Shown piece by piece: positions 7,680 through 16,259 of a DNA stretch of 64,000 nucleotides. Origin of the DNA: a virus (lineage: Duplodnaviria; Caudoviricetes); IMG/VR virus record IMGVR_UViG_3300037043_000091, positions 7,526 to 71,525 of that record; one strand, given 5' to 3'. The position numbers and the translations under genes are program-made. Below the pieces are notes generated by a model that saw only the letters and a list, made by a program, of their open reading frames with translations, was not told where the DNA came from and made no database searches. Within the stretch, counting starts at the first letter, position 1. Each line of letters opens with the position of its first letter.

Positions 7680-8240
7680 ATGACAGAGGTAATGCCAAGG
7701 AAGTACACCCCAGAAGAAAAGGACCAAATCAAAAAACAGGTTTGGGGCGTCATGAATCAAGGGATGAAACTGAAACCCGCCTGCCGACAGGTGGCCATGG
7801 AGAGAGGGATGTCTGTCGCCACCCTCCGCCATTGGTTTGATGGTGAGCCTGTGCCGTCTGCCCCCGTAAAAACCAACGAGAGCGAAAAGACCCGGGTGTT
7901 GGAGTTGGTTCGGGAAAAGCTGCGTATTGGCTTTAAACTGGCGACGGCCTGCAGGATGGTTGGTGACGCCGAAGGGTTCCCCGGGGAAACGGTTCGGTAC
8001 TGGTTTAGGTCCGGGATGGACGGCCAAACGGTTTTGCCGCCCGTGAAAAAAAAGGAAAGAGAGGGGGGGCGGGGATACCACAGGACGCAGAAGTATGAAC
8101 CCTATTCTGATGCCGTTAATTTTGCCTACCTGGCTATGCACCAGCTTGAGCGCATAACCATGAATGACCCCAGGAAAGACGAAGCCCTTCTGATTATTAA
8201 AGGATGGGTAAAAAAGATGGAAGGAGTTCCAAATGGCTGA
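7680..8240 (+). CDS. protein with two tandem IS3-OrfA-like HTH domains
   Basis: PRKYTPEEK..ACRQVA.ERGMSVATLRHW and ACRMVGDAEGFPGETVRYW. Confidence 0.7.
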   Translation: MTEVMPRKYTPEEKDQIKKQVWGVMNQGMKLKPACRQVAMERGMSVATLRHWFDGEPVPSAPVKTNESEKTRVLELVREKLRIGFKLATACRMVGDAEGFPGETVRYWFRSGMDGQTVLPPVKKKEREGGRGYHRTQKYEPYSDAVNFAYLAMHQLERITMNDPRKDEALLIIKGWVKKMEGVPNG

Positions 8241-9123
8241 AGGAAAGGTTTTGGAAACCAACAACCACTCCCTGTTTGTGATGTCCCCATTTAACCGCCA
8301 CATCAAAGAGTCAATCTACTACCGCGCCCTCAAAAGTAGCCTGATGCGGCATGGATGGCTGGTGTCTGAGCCGATGCGGGTGCGTCTTATTAGAGAAGGG
8401 GTGAACAGGGGCAAATACTTAATGGAAGGCGCTCACAATAGGTTTGTGATAGCCATGGAACTCGGAATTTCGGTAAGATACATCGTCGTCAGCGATAATG
8501 CGACGATGGAAGAACTAATTTGCGCCACGATACCCGAAAACGTCAACACCTGGCTTGAGCGGTGGCTGGGTCGCGGCAAAAAGTCTTATGCCCTACTGAA
8601 AGAGTACGCCACCAAAACCGGGATCAGCGTTTCCACCAGCATCAACCTGTTGGCCGGCGGCAGCGCCACTTCTCCCAACTACCTGTGGAAGTTCAAGAAT
8701 GGTCAATTTGAACTCGGTGATACTGCCCACGCTAACCTGGTGGCGGAACTCGTCCTGCTGGCTCGACACCTGGGGGCTGCATGTGCTGGCCATAATGGGT
8801 TCCACCGGGCTATTTCCAAGGCTGTGTGGGCCGAAGGTCTTGACATCAAGTACCTGAAAAATCGCATGATGGCTAACGTGGCGATGATGAAGGTGCAGCG
8901 GTCGATGAAAGAGTACCTGGAAATGCTGGAAGCTGTTTATAATAAGGGTTCCAGAAACAGATACTCTCTACTGTTCCTGGCCAATGAGGCTGCCAGAAAG
9001 AGGGCTTTTGGATCGGAAAAAAAGAAAAAGCCTGAAACCAAAAAGCCAGAGGCTACCAGGGCCAAACCCACCGAAAGCATCACAACGGGGGCCACTCTCC
9101 CGCATGAGAGGGCCACGGTTTAA
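8233..9123 (+). CDS. ParB-N-like domain protein
   Basis: F..SPFNR.I..L..SL..HGW..EP..V..MEGAHNRF..A.ELG..V.YIV resembles phage ParB-like N-domains. Confidence 0.65.
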   Translation: MAEGKVLETNNHSLFVMSPFNRHIKESIYYRALKSSLMRHGWLVSEPMRVRLIREGVNRGKYLMEGAHNRFVIAMELGISVRYIVVSDNATMEELICATIPENVNTWLERWLGRGKKSYALLKEYATKTGISVSTSINLLAGGSATSPNYLWKFKNGQFELGDTAHANLVAELVLLARHLGAACAGHNGFHRAISKAVWAEGLDIKYLKNRMMANVAMMKVQRSMKEYLEMLEAVYNKGSRNRYSLLFLANEAARKRAFGSEKKKKPETKKPEATRAKPTESITTGATLPHERATV

Positions 9124-9659
9124 TGGATTACCCCTCAGTTACTCAAATAATCGGCTTCGTGAACAGCCGTGCTTTTGATGACGTGCCGGTTTTCCGAATG
9201 GAGGCGGCCGCGGCCCGGGGAGTTGACGTCCACGCCGCGGCCGCCGCTTATCTTTTGGGCGTCTGGTATGAGGTGGACCCGGCTTATGCCGGGTATATGC
9301 GCTCCTTGGCATCCTGGGTCGATGAATATGTGGCCCAGGTTGTCTTTGTTGAAGAAGAACTTATCTCTCCCAAATACCGCCTCAGGGGCCACCCTGACGC
9401 CCTCCTACGCATCAAGGGGGACACCGGGGCAACTCTGGTGGACTGGAAGACTCCGAAACCCCTGTCGCTGTCCTGGCGCCTCCAGCTTGCCGGATACCGG
9501 CTCTTGGCAATGGAGAACGGCTACTCCGTGGAGCGGGTAGCTTCCCTGCGCCTAATGGCTGATGGTAGGCCGGCAAAATATCAGGGGTACACCCGGACCC
9601 TGGCGGCAGATCAGAATGTTTTCAAAGCGGCCCTTGAGGTCTATAAGTTTTACCATTAG
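9123..9659 (+). CDS. PD-(D/E)XK exonuclease
   Basis: GHPDALL..VDWKT..QLAGY. Confidence 0.85.
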   Translation: MDYPSVTQIIGFVNSRAFDDVPVFRMEAAAARGVDVHAAAAAYLLGVWYEVDPAYAGYMRSLASWVDEYVAQVVFVEEELISPKYRLRGHPDALLRIKGDTGATLVDWKTPKPLSLSWRLQLAGYRLLAMENGYSVERVASLRLMADGRPAKYQGYTRTLAADQNVFKAALEVYKFYH

Positions 9660-9675
9660 CAAGAAGGAGGTTTTT

Positions 9676-10557
9676 TTGGAAGAATTTGATGATTTTTCAG
9701 CGGCCATGGCAGCCCCGGAGCCCCCGGAGCCACAAACCCGCACGGCCAAGGTGGCGGCGGACGAGTTTATGGAGGAAATCTTTCTCCCGGTAGGCACGGA
9801 CATCCGGCCCACGGCCCTGTCCTTGGTCCCCTACGAGAGAGAGGTCAAAGAACTGGTTCGGATCGCCAAGGAACTGGAGGTCACCGATGCCGAAAGCCAG
9901 GCGGAGGCGACCAAGACGGGGCTCCGGGCCAAGAAGCTGCGGCTCCGGGTTGAAAAGATTGAGGATAGCCCAGCCATACAAGCCGCCCTCACCTTTGTAA
10001 AAGATGCCCGGGCTCTGATTAAAACCCTAACGGGTCCGTTGAAAACCGACGTTGAAATGGTACTCAAGGCGAAGCTGACGGCCTATTCGGAGTCCCTGCG
10101 CCTGGCCCAGCAGCGTCGGGAGGCGGAGGCCCGTGAAAAGGCCCGGAAGCTGCAAGCCGAACTGGACGCCGAGGCCCAGAAGCTGCGGGAGGAAGCGGAG
10201 GCCAAAGCCAGGGCCGCTGAGGAAGAACTTGCCAAAAAGGAAGCGGCCGGAGAAATCAGCGAGTCCGAGAAATCCATCTTGCAGCAGACCGTTGAAGAAG
10301 AACGGGAGGCTGCCGCCAGTATCGTGACCCCGACGGTGGTGGTCGAAATCCATGCACCGGAAAATGTGGTCAGGACTGGAGAGGGGGCGTCGTTCACCAC
10401 CTCCAGGTGGAAGGCCCGGCTGGTGGACATCAACCTGGTGGACCGGAAATATTTGGTTGAAAATATGAAAGCCGTCCAGCGGGATGTGGACGCCGGGGTC
10501 CGCAAAATCGACGGGTTCGTCATCGAGGAAGTGCTGGGGACCAGCTTTAGGGGGTGA
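9676..10557 (+). CDS. coiled-coil protein in recombination operon
   Basis: AGGAGG RBS then TTG start; E/A/K-rich helical sequence. Confidence 0.7.
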   Translation: MEEFDDFSAAMAAPEPPEPQTRTAKVAADEFMEEIFLPVGTDIRPTALSLVPYEREVKELVRIAKELEVTDAESQAEATKTGLRAKKLRLRVEKIEDSPAIQAALTFVKDARALIKTLTGPLKTDVEMVLKAKLTAYSESLRLAQQRREAEAREKARKLQAELDAEAQKLREEAEAKARAAEEELAKKEAAGEISESEKSILQQTVEEEREAAASIVTPTVVVEIHAPENVVRTGEGASFTTSRWKARLVDINLVDRKYLVENMKAVQRDVDAGVRKIDGFVIEEVLGTSFRG

Positions 10558-10558
10558 C

Positions 10559-10750
10559 GTGGTGTGTCCATTACGAAAGGAAAAATCTACTTGGGACGGC
10601 CACAGTACCGATTTTGGCAAGTGCTATGCCGAGAAATGCGCCTGGTATCACGACGAAAAATGCGCCGTTCTCTTGTTGGCCCTAAAACTCAACGACCTTG
10701 ACAACAATCTTTGGGAACGGCTTGGAAACCTTGAACGGCTATCTGTTTAA
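10559..10750 (+). CDS. small Cys-rich protein
   Basis: GTG start; CPL..C..EKCAWY..CA pattern. Confidence 0.55.
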   Translation: MVCPLRKEKSTWDGHSTDFGKCYAEKCAWYHDEKCAVLLLALKLNDLDNNLWERLGNLERLSV

Positions 10751-10893
10751 CCCAACGGGCAAGTGCTGTACCGCAACCGGCTTCCGCTATAACGACGACC
10801 CCTGCCCGGTCCCGAAAGACCTGAATAAAAACAGTTTACCGCCGGGAGCCTATGTGATTTTGCCCGACAACCATCAACATAAAGGAGAACCCT

Positions 10894-12207
10894 ATGGCCA
10901 CGGCCAAGAACCAGTCGGTAGCGACTAAAAGCCCTCAAGACGCACTCATGGAGGCCTTCAAGAAAGACCTCGTTGACATCACCCCCTACCTGGTTTCCCT
11001 GCTGGGCAAGGAACGGGTAGGCCGGTTTCAGCGAATGTCCCAGCTTGCGGTGTTGAGGAATCCGGACCTTTTTAACTGCACCAAGAAGTCCCTCTTGCTC
11101 TCATTCCTGTACTGCGCCCAGAAAAACCTCGAGCCCGGCGTCGAAGACGGCTGCTGGATCATCCCCTTCAAAGTCAGGGGAGTCCTCACGGCGACGCCGA
11201 TCCCCGGGTACAAGGGCCTCATCAATCGCGCCGTGGAATGTGGCGCCGCCCTGAGTATCGACCCTCATGTGGTTTATGAACACGATGATTTCTACTACCA
11301 GTTCGGCCTGGAGCCCGACATCCGGCACATCCCGCCCAAGCTGGGCGAAGAACGTGGTGAACTGATAGGCTGCTACGTCACCATCACCCTGCCGAACCAT
11401 GAGAAGAAGTTTTTCGTCATGGACCGGCCCCAGGTAGAGAAGCACCGGAACGCCGGGGCTGCCTGGAAAAACTCCCCGGACAGCGGCCCATGGAAAGATT
11501 GGGAAGAAGCGATGTTCTTGAAAACGGTTATCAAGCAGGGGCTCAAGACCGTCCCAATGTCCTCCGATATGCGCGACCTCCTGGCGGAAGATGGCATGAT
11601 TGAGGCCGGCGCTTCCGTTGCCGCCCTGGCCCAGGCCGCCGGAATGGAACTGCCCGAGGAACTGGCGGGGGCGGATGCTGAGTTGGAGGCGGCCCAGGAA
11701 AAGCTGGCAGCAACCAAGGCCGACACCTCAGAGTTCGACGCCCTGGTGGCCAAGGAGTTTGAGGGGCTTCCCGAGGATGAGAGAAAAGCCCGGTACATTC
11801 GCCTGGACGAAAACGTCAAGATCGTCGCCAAGAACATGAAGCGGACGGTCCCGATGTTCAAGAATTGGGTCGTCCCGATGTTCCACCCGTACACGGACAC
11901 CAAGGGGGCGGAGAAGGAAGGTTTCTGGAGGGCTTTTCTGAATTGGGAATCTGACCCGGCCCGGCCCTGGAATCAAAACATAGCTTCGGTCCAAAACCCG
12001 GATTCGGTCCACCAGGCCCGGGAGCAAGCCACCGAACCGCCCGAGGCCGAAGTCCCCTTTGAGGATCGGAAAAGGGCCGTCACCATGGAGTGCTTGAAGA
12101 AGGTTATTTCCCCGGCTGATGTGAACCTTGAGGCATTTGCTGACATTTCCCCGGAGAACATCGACGACATCGAGGCCCGGGTGGCGGCTTGGCAAAAGAA
12201 GAAATAA
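10894..12207 (+). CDS. recT: RecT/Bet-family single-strand annealing protein with long C-terminal extension
   Basis: CAQ.NLEPG..CWIIPF..IPGYKGLI..A..VVYEHDDF..M..KTVIKQ..K..P.S. Confidence 0.88.
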   Translation: MATAKNQSVATKSPQDALMEAFKKDLVDITPYLVSLLGKERVGRFQRMSQLAVLRNPDLFNCTKKSLLLSFLYCAQKNLEPGVEDGCWIIPFKVRGVLTATPIPGYKGLINRAVECGAALSIDPHVVYEHDDFYYQFGLEPDIRHIPPKLGEERGELIGCYVTITLPNHEKKFFVMDRPQVEKHRNAGAAWKNSPDSGPWKDWEEAMFLKTVIKQGLKTVPMSSDMRDLLAEDGMIEAGASVAALAQAAGMELPEELAGADAELEAAQEKLAATKADTSEFDALVAKEFEGLPEDERKARYIRLDENVKIVAKNMKRTVPMFKNWVVPMFHPYTDTKGAEKEGFWRAFLNWESDPARPWNQNIASVQNPDSVHQAREQATEPPEAEVPFEDRKRAVTMECLKKVISPADVNLEAFADISPENIDDIEARVAAWQKKK

Positions 12208-12291
12208 CCTTCCAGGCCACCACGAACATGGAAATCATCGAGAACCAGAAGATGGCAGCGAAAACGGTAGCGTCCATGTTCCGATAATGCC

Positions 12292-12332
12292 AGGGATTCC
12301 CTGATATTCAATTGGGGAATCCTTAATTTTTT
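12292..12332 (+). terminator. rho-independent terminator after recT
   Basis: AGGGATTCCC...GGGAATCCTT stem then AATTTTTT. Confidence 0.7.
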
Positions 12333-12347
12333 AGGGGGAAAAACCTT

Positions 12348-12509
12348 ATGCCAACCAAGGTTGAACTACGCAAGATCGTCAATGACGCCATAAACTCTCT
12401 GGATTATGTGTGCGTTTTACTGGACCTAAAGGTGGCCAGAAAAACCATCAAGAGCCTACTGACCTTCCTTTGTAACAAAATCGACCATTCTGAGTTTAAG
12501 GAAGTTTAG
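12348..12509 (+). CDS. AT-rich 53-aa hypothetical protein (not in ORF track)
   Basis: AGGGGG RBS; MPTKVELRKIVNDAINSLDYVCVLLDLKVARK... Confidence 0.5.
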   Translation: MPTKVELRKIVNDAINSLDYVCVLLDLKVARKTIKSLLTFLCNKIDHSEFKEV

Positions 12510-12541
12510 AAAAAAAACGGGGGGAGCCTTTGCCCCCCCCT
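12510..12541 (-). terminator. terminator of the late/lysis transcript
   Basis: G/C-rich hairpin with an A-tract on the plus strand (T-tract on minus). Confidence 0.65.
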
Positions 12542-12600
12542 TGACGGTCATCCTGTTGGATTCCTTCTGAATTAAATTGTAGGTTTCGGCTATTTCATGT

Positions 12601-12765
12601 TTAACCTCCTTGTGTCCGCTTGAAAAATTCTTCCGGTTTCATTTCGATGAAGGCCGCCCGGATCGCTTCCGGGGTCGGCTCACCTGATTCCTTCCATGAT
12701 TGCACGATTCCCACCACCGCGTCAACACCAAATTTTGCCAGGTAGGCAATTAAAACGGGGTCCAT
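12601..12765 (-). CDS. small amphipathic protein, last lysis gene (54 aa, not in ORF track)
   Basis: GGAGGG RBS; MDPVLIAYLAKFGVDAVVGIVQSWKESGEPTPEAIRAAF... Confidence 0.7.
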   Translation of the reverse strand: MDPVLIAYLAKFGVDAVVGIVQSWKESGEPTPEAIRAAFIEMKPEEFFKRTQGG

Positions 12766-13146
12766 TTATTTACCCTCCACGGTGTAGGGGGCGGCAAATA
12801 CCAGAAAAGCGTCCAGGGCCGCCCGGACTGATTCCAGGCTGGGCTGGCCGTTATCTAATAGGACCTGGACCGCCATGTTGTGGGCCGCCATGTATTTGTT
12901 CCCCAGGCTTATCGCCTGTTTTTTGGCTGCCGGCGGCAGCTTCCCCTGGCTGTCCAACAGCGCCAAGGTCTTGAACGCCGCGTAATACACCTCCTTGTCG
13001 GTCAAGAGAACTTTCAGGGTCGTCGCCTTCGGGCTTTCCACTACTCTCGGTGTCCCGGGTCCGGGTGACAGCGAGGACTTCCCGCTGCATCCCAGGGGCA
13101 GGACCAGGGCCAGGATCAACAGGACCAGGCTGATTTTCTTGAACAT
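12766..13146 (-). CDS. lipoprotein in lysis cassette (o-spanin-like position)
   Basis: MFKK + hydrophobic stretch + LPLG-C lipobox-like site. Confidence 0.75.
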   Translation of the reverse strand: MFKKISLVLLILALVLPLGCSGKSSLSPGPGTPRVVESPKATTLKVLLTDKEVYYAAFKTLALLDSQGKLPPAAKKQAISLGNKYMAAHNMAVQVLLDNGQPSLESVRAALDAFLVFAAPYTVEGK

Positions 13147-13468
13147 TCGTGCCTCCTTTGGCTTGCTGGATGGCGGACTGGATTGCCGACCTCATGGCGC
13201 CGCCAAAGTACCAGGTTGATATGCCGGTAACCAGCCCTCCCATGTACCCGATGACCAACAGCATGACATTCATCCGGTCTTCTGGGGGGGACATTTCCAC
13301 AAACTTATAGAGCAGATAGATAATCCCGGGGATCACCGTGAGGCCGATAGCGTTCCGGGTGACCTCCCGAATGAGGTCTATCCACATCGACTGCCGCTGC
13401 ATAGCCCTCTGGAAAGCCTGGGCTTCTGTCAGGGCTGGGCATGGGACGCTCATTCCGCAATCAGCCAT
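12851..13468 (-). CDS. holin-like two-TM protein
   Basis: Start right after endolysin stop; two hydrophobic helices ending WYFGG. Confidence 0.7.
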   Translation of the reverse strand: MADCGMSVPCPALTEAQAFQRAMQRQSMWIDLIREVTRNAIGLTVIPGIIYLLYKFVEMSPPEDRMNVMLLVIGYMGGLVTGISTWYFGGAMRSAIQSAIQQAKGGTNVQENQPGPVDPGPGPAPGMQREVLAVTRTRDTESSGKPEGDDPESSLDRQGGVLRGVQDLGAVGQPGEAAAGSQKTGDKPGEQIHGGPQHGGPGPIR

Positions 13469-13469
13469 G

Positions 13470-14171
13470 TTACCCCCGGGTCTTCGGAAGCTGGAAGTGC
13501 ATGCCGTCCGGAGTCGACCATTTGCCGCCCCACTCGAACCCGGCGTTGGTGAAGCACTTGACGAGTCCTGGCGAAAAGCTGGGCTTACGGCCATACCCAT
13601 TCGTGGCAGCGTTGAAGTCCAGGGCCAGTCCCCAGGAGTGAACCGACCAGCCGTGGCCAGAGGTCATCGGGCGGATGCAGAGGCAGCCGTCATAGGTTCT
13701 CAATTCCGCGGCGAACCCCATGGCTATCAGGTTCTTGAAGGCTTGCCGGAGGGGGGCCTCCAGCAACTTGTGGCCGTAGATGCGGCAAGACCAGGGGTGG
13801 CCCAGGTAGTCTTTGACGTGGGCCAGGGCCGGCTTGAACTCGGCCAGGTCGATGATGACCAGATAGGGGGCCGGATCACGGGGCTTGCCGAATAGCGATG
13901 TAAGCTGGCTCTGCAGCAGGACGGGTGGAACGTCGGCTTCCGGTTCTGGCTCCCCTTCTTCCTCTGGTTCCTGGTAGAGGGCCTTCCATGTATCCGGACC
14001 CACGATGCCGTCGGCCTGGAGGCCCCGGGATTCCTGAAAGTCGATCACCATATCTTCGGTATGCTCACCGAAGATGCCGTCCACATCAAGCTGTTCCTCA
14101 TAGATTTCGTTCAGGCGGTTCTGAAGCTGCACCACCTGGGGCCCATCTGACCCAAGACCAATGACATTCAT
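13470..14171 (-). CDS. endolysin: PG-binding domain + M15-type (L-Ala-D-Glu) peptidase
   Basis: LGSDG..V..LQ..L..DGIFG..FQ..GL.ADGIVGPDTW; SVHSWGLALDFN..WGG.W..D.MHFQ. Confidence 0.92.
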   Translation of the reverse strand: MNVIGLGSDGPQVVQLQNRLNEIYEEQLDVDGIFGEHTEDMVIDFQESRGLQADGIVGPDTWKALYQEPEEEGEPEPEADVPPVLLQSQLTSLFGKPRDPAPYLVIIDLAEFKPALAHVKDYLGHPWSCRIYGHKLLEAPLRQAFKNLIAMGFAAELRTYDGCLCIRPMTSGHGWSVHSWGLALDFNAATNGYGRKPSFSPGLVKCFTNAGFEWGGKWSTPDGMHFQLPKTRG

Positions 14172-14740
14172 CGCACCTCCCTGGGATCATAGATTTCAAA
14201 CTGTGGGGTTTCGTACTGCACCATCATCGGCCGGAAACCGTATAGCGTGTAGTAAATCGAGAAAATGATGCTGGTCTTTTTCCCGGGCAAATTGATAGCG
14301 CCCAGCAAATGATAGTGAGCGTCGGTGACGCCCTTGCCGGCCTTGCGGGTAGACACCGCCGTATTCGAGTCCAGCACCATCATTTGGCCTTCATCATCCC
14401 TGCGAACAACCGTCCTTACAATCAGGCCCGGTTCGTTGGTGAACTTCTCGAAATCAATCTCCATGTCTACTACGCCCGTCGAAGGGATGCGAAGAAGTCC
14501 GTCAGGCGTTCTGGGGTTTGTGATCTCCAGCCGGTTAAAGGTGACGGTCTTGAACGGGTAGAACAGAAAAAACCCCATCACGCCAAAAATCAACATGACC
14601 CCGGCTGCCAGGCTGCCCATTGTCCACCAAAACTTTTTGGTGAAAACCGGCTGGGTCACCACCCCGAATTTCCGCAAAAAACAGCCTTCTTCTGGTGTGC
14701 AAACCGGCACCAGGATTTCCGCCTCCATCACGTCGTCCAT
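14168..14740 (-). CDS. single-TM membrane protein
   Basis: FWWTMGSLAAGVMLIFGVMGFFLFYP then beta-rich domain. Confidence 0.7.
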   Translation of the reverse strand: MDDVMEAEILVPVCTPEEGCFLRKFGVVTQPVFTKKFWWTMGSLAAGVMLIFGVMGFFLFYPFKTVTFNRLEITNPRTPDGLLRIPSTGVVDMEIDFEKFTNEPGLIVRTVVRRDDEGQMMVLDSNTAVSTRKAGKGVTDAHYHLLGAINLPGKKTSIIFSIYYTLYGFRPMMVQYETPQFEIYDPREVR

Positions 14741-14741
14741 G

Positions 14742-15080
14742 TTATCCCCTCCCCTTATCGGCCAAAGAATCAAGCCTGCTCGCCAAGCGCCGGTAGTCTT
14801 GTTCGTGGCTGTTGATCCAGGCTTTGATCCCCGCTATGTCAGAAACTAACCCGGAATGATCCTTGCATGGGATTAACCGGGTAAGCATTTCACTCGTCAA
14901 GCCACAAGAAGCGCACCTATCTTCGGCAGGGGGGGCTTTGCGAGTCCTGACGTAAAAAAGAAAATACGTTATGCCAAAAATCACCAGCCCCAGGGCAGCA
15001 ACAATCCCGAAGGTTGCCAGGAAGTAGGGGTTCATGTACCAAGTCGATGCACTCGGAAGACCGGCTGCAACATTTCCCAT
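14742..15080 (-). CDS. single-TM protein with Cys motif and coiled coil
   Basis: YFLATFGIVAALGLVIFGITYFLFY; CASC..PC.DHSG. Confidence 0.7.
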   Translation of the reverse strand: MGNVAAGLPSASTWYMNPYFLATFGIVAALGLVIFGITYFLFYVRTRKAPPAEDRCASCGLTSEMLTRLIPCKDHSGLVSDIAGIKAWINSHEQDYRRLASRLDSLADKGRG

Positions 15081-15091
15081 CCCCCCTCCCC

Positions 15092-15484
15092 TTACTTCTT
15101 ATTTTCAATAAACTTCTTGAAACCAAGTTCCATGGTCAAGGAAGCCAGAGCCCCCCTTATCTCCGACGTCACCAGCCTGTTTTCCAGGGTCAACTGCTTA
15201 TGACCGTCAATCTTGAGCCCCACCCCGTCGATCTTGTGGCCGAGGTCCGTGGCTCCCGCCAGCATTGTGGTCCTTATGTCCCTGAGTTCGATGGCATACT
15301 TCTCCACACTCCGGGCCATTAGGAACAGGGTCAGGGAAAAGACCAGCATCAGGATCGCGGTGGCCCCGATGGTGATTTTCCAAAAAAGGTTGAGAGCCGG
15401 GAACGGACAGCACGGCCTCCCGAGAAGAAGGCAGCCCTGTTCAGGGGACATAGGGACCAGCGGAACCGGATTTTCTTCACCCAT
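15092..15484 (-). CDS. single-TM coiled-coil protein
   Basis: ITIGATAILMLVFSLTLFLMA followed by heptad region. Confidence 0.7.
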   Translation of the reverse strand: MGEENPVPLVPMSPEQGCLLLGRPCCPFPALNLFWKITIGATAILMLVFSLTLFLMARSVEKYAIELRDIRTTMLAGATDLGHKIDGVGLKIDGHKQLTLENRLVTSEIRGALASLTMELGFKKFIENKK

Positions 15485-16200
15485 TACAGAACCCTCCAGA
15501 TAACCGTCCCCAGGTCCCCAGCGTCGTCCACCTTGATTTCAAGGCGGGTCGAGAACTTGGCTCCGTAGAATTTGATCCCGGCGGCCGGTGTGGCAATGGG
15601 GAGGACTTGCTTGACCACACCGCCGTCGGCCAGGGTAACAATCCCGGCCAGAGGGGCATCGAAATAGATAGCGTCCAGCCGGGCCCCGGACGTTCCATTG
15701 ATCCGAGCGTAGCCGTCCGTGAGGGCATCCGGAGCCAGGTTGGCAGAAACCGCCACCACCGGCTCCAGAATGCCGGCCGGGGTAAGGATGACGTTGTAGT
15801 TCGGCGCTGCCCCCTGGGACACAACGAACTTCCCGGCAGCAGCAGAGGCGGCGATGGCGGCGATTAACCCGTTGGAAACTTCCTGTTTCGTGGGGGTCGC
15901 GTCAGAGGTGAACGCACAGGCCACACCGTCGATGGTGATGGTATCGGTCTGGGCGATGGCGGGATTAACAATGGTGATGGGGATGGTGTGGATGGAAACT
16001 TGGATCAGCCTGTCGATGAACGAGTCGGTCGGCAGGGTTTCCGGGAGCCACCCGGCACCGGTGAAGATGTACCAGACCATGGTGTCGGTCGTGTAGTAGG
16101 TGGACCCAAACGGGACGCCGGCAGTCGGCTTCAGGGCGGTGGACAGCCCGGTGTAGTGGTGCGGATTCTGATTTTGCCGTACTTTTGCTAATGGACTCAT
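15484..16200 (-). CDS. virion structural/fibre-like protein
   Basis: YTGLSTALKPT..PFGSTYYTTDT..Y.F.G.GW motif common in phage virion proteins. Confidence 0.6.
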   Translation of the reverse strand: MSPLAKVRQNQNPHHYTGLSTALKPTAGVPFGSTYYTTDTMVWYIFTGAGWLPETLPTDSFIDRLIQVSIHTIPITIVNPAIAQTDTITIDGVACAFTSDATPTKQEVSNGLIAAIAASAAAGKFVVSQGAAPNYNVILTPAGILEPVVAVSANLAPDALTDGYARINGTSGARLDAIYFDAPLAGIVTLADGGVVKQVLPIATPAAGIKFYGAKFSTRLEIKVDDAGDLGTVIWRVL

Positions 16201-16259
16201 GGCTATCTCTCCTTTGATAGTGGTTGGCTTGTCTTAAGCCAATGATCCCTTAACGCATA

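Noticed and set aside
7353-8306. 317-aa minus-strand ORF across the switch region
   Set aside because: Spans two promoters and overlaps two better genes; no motif
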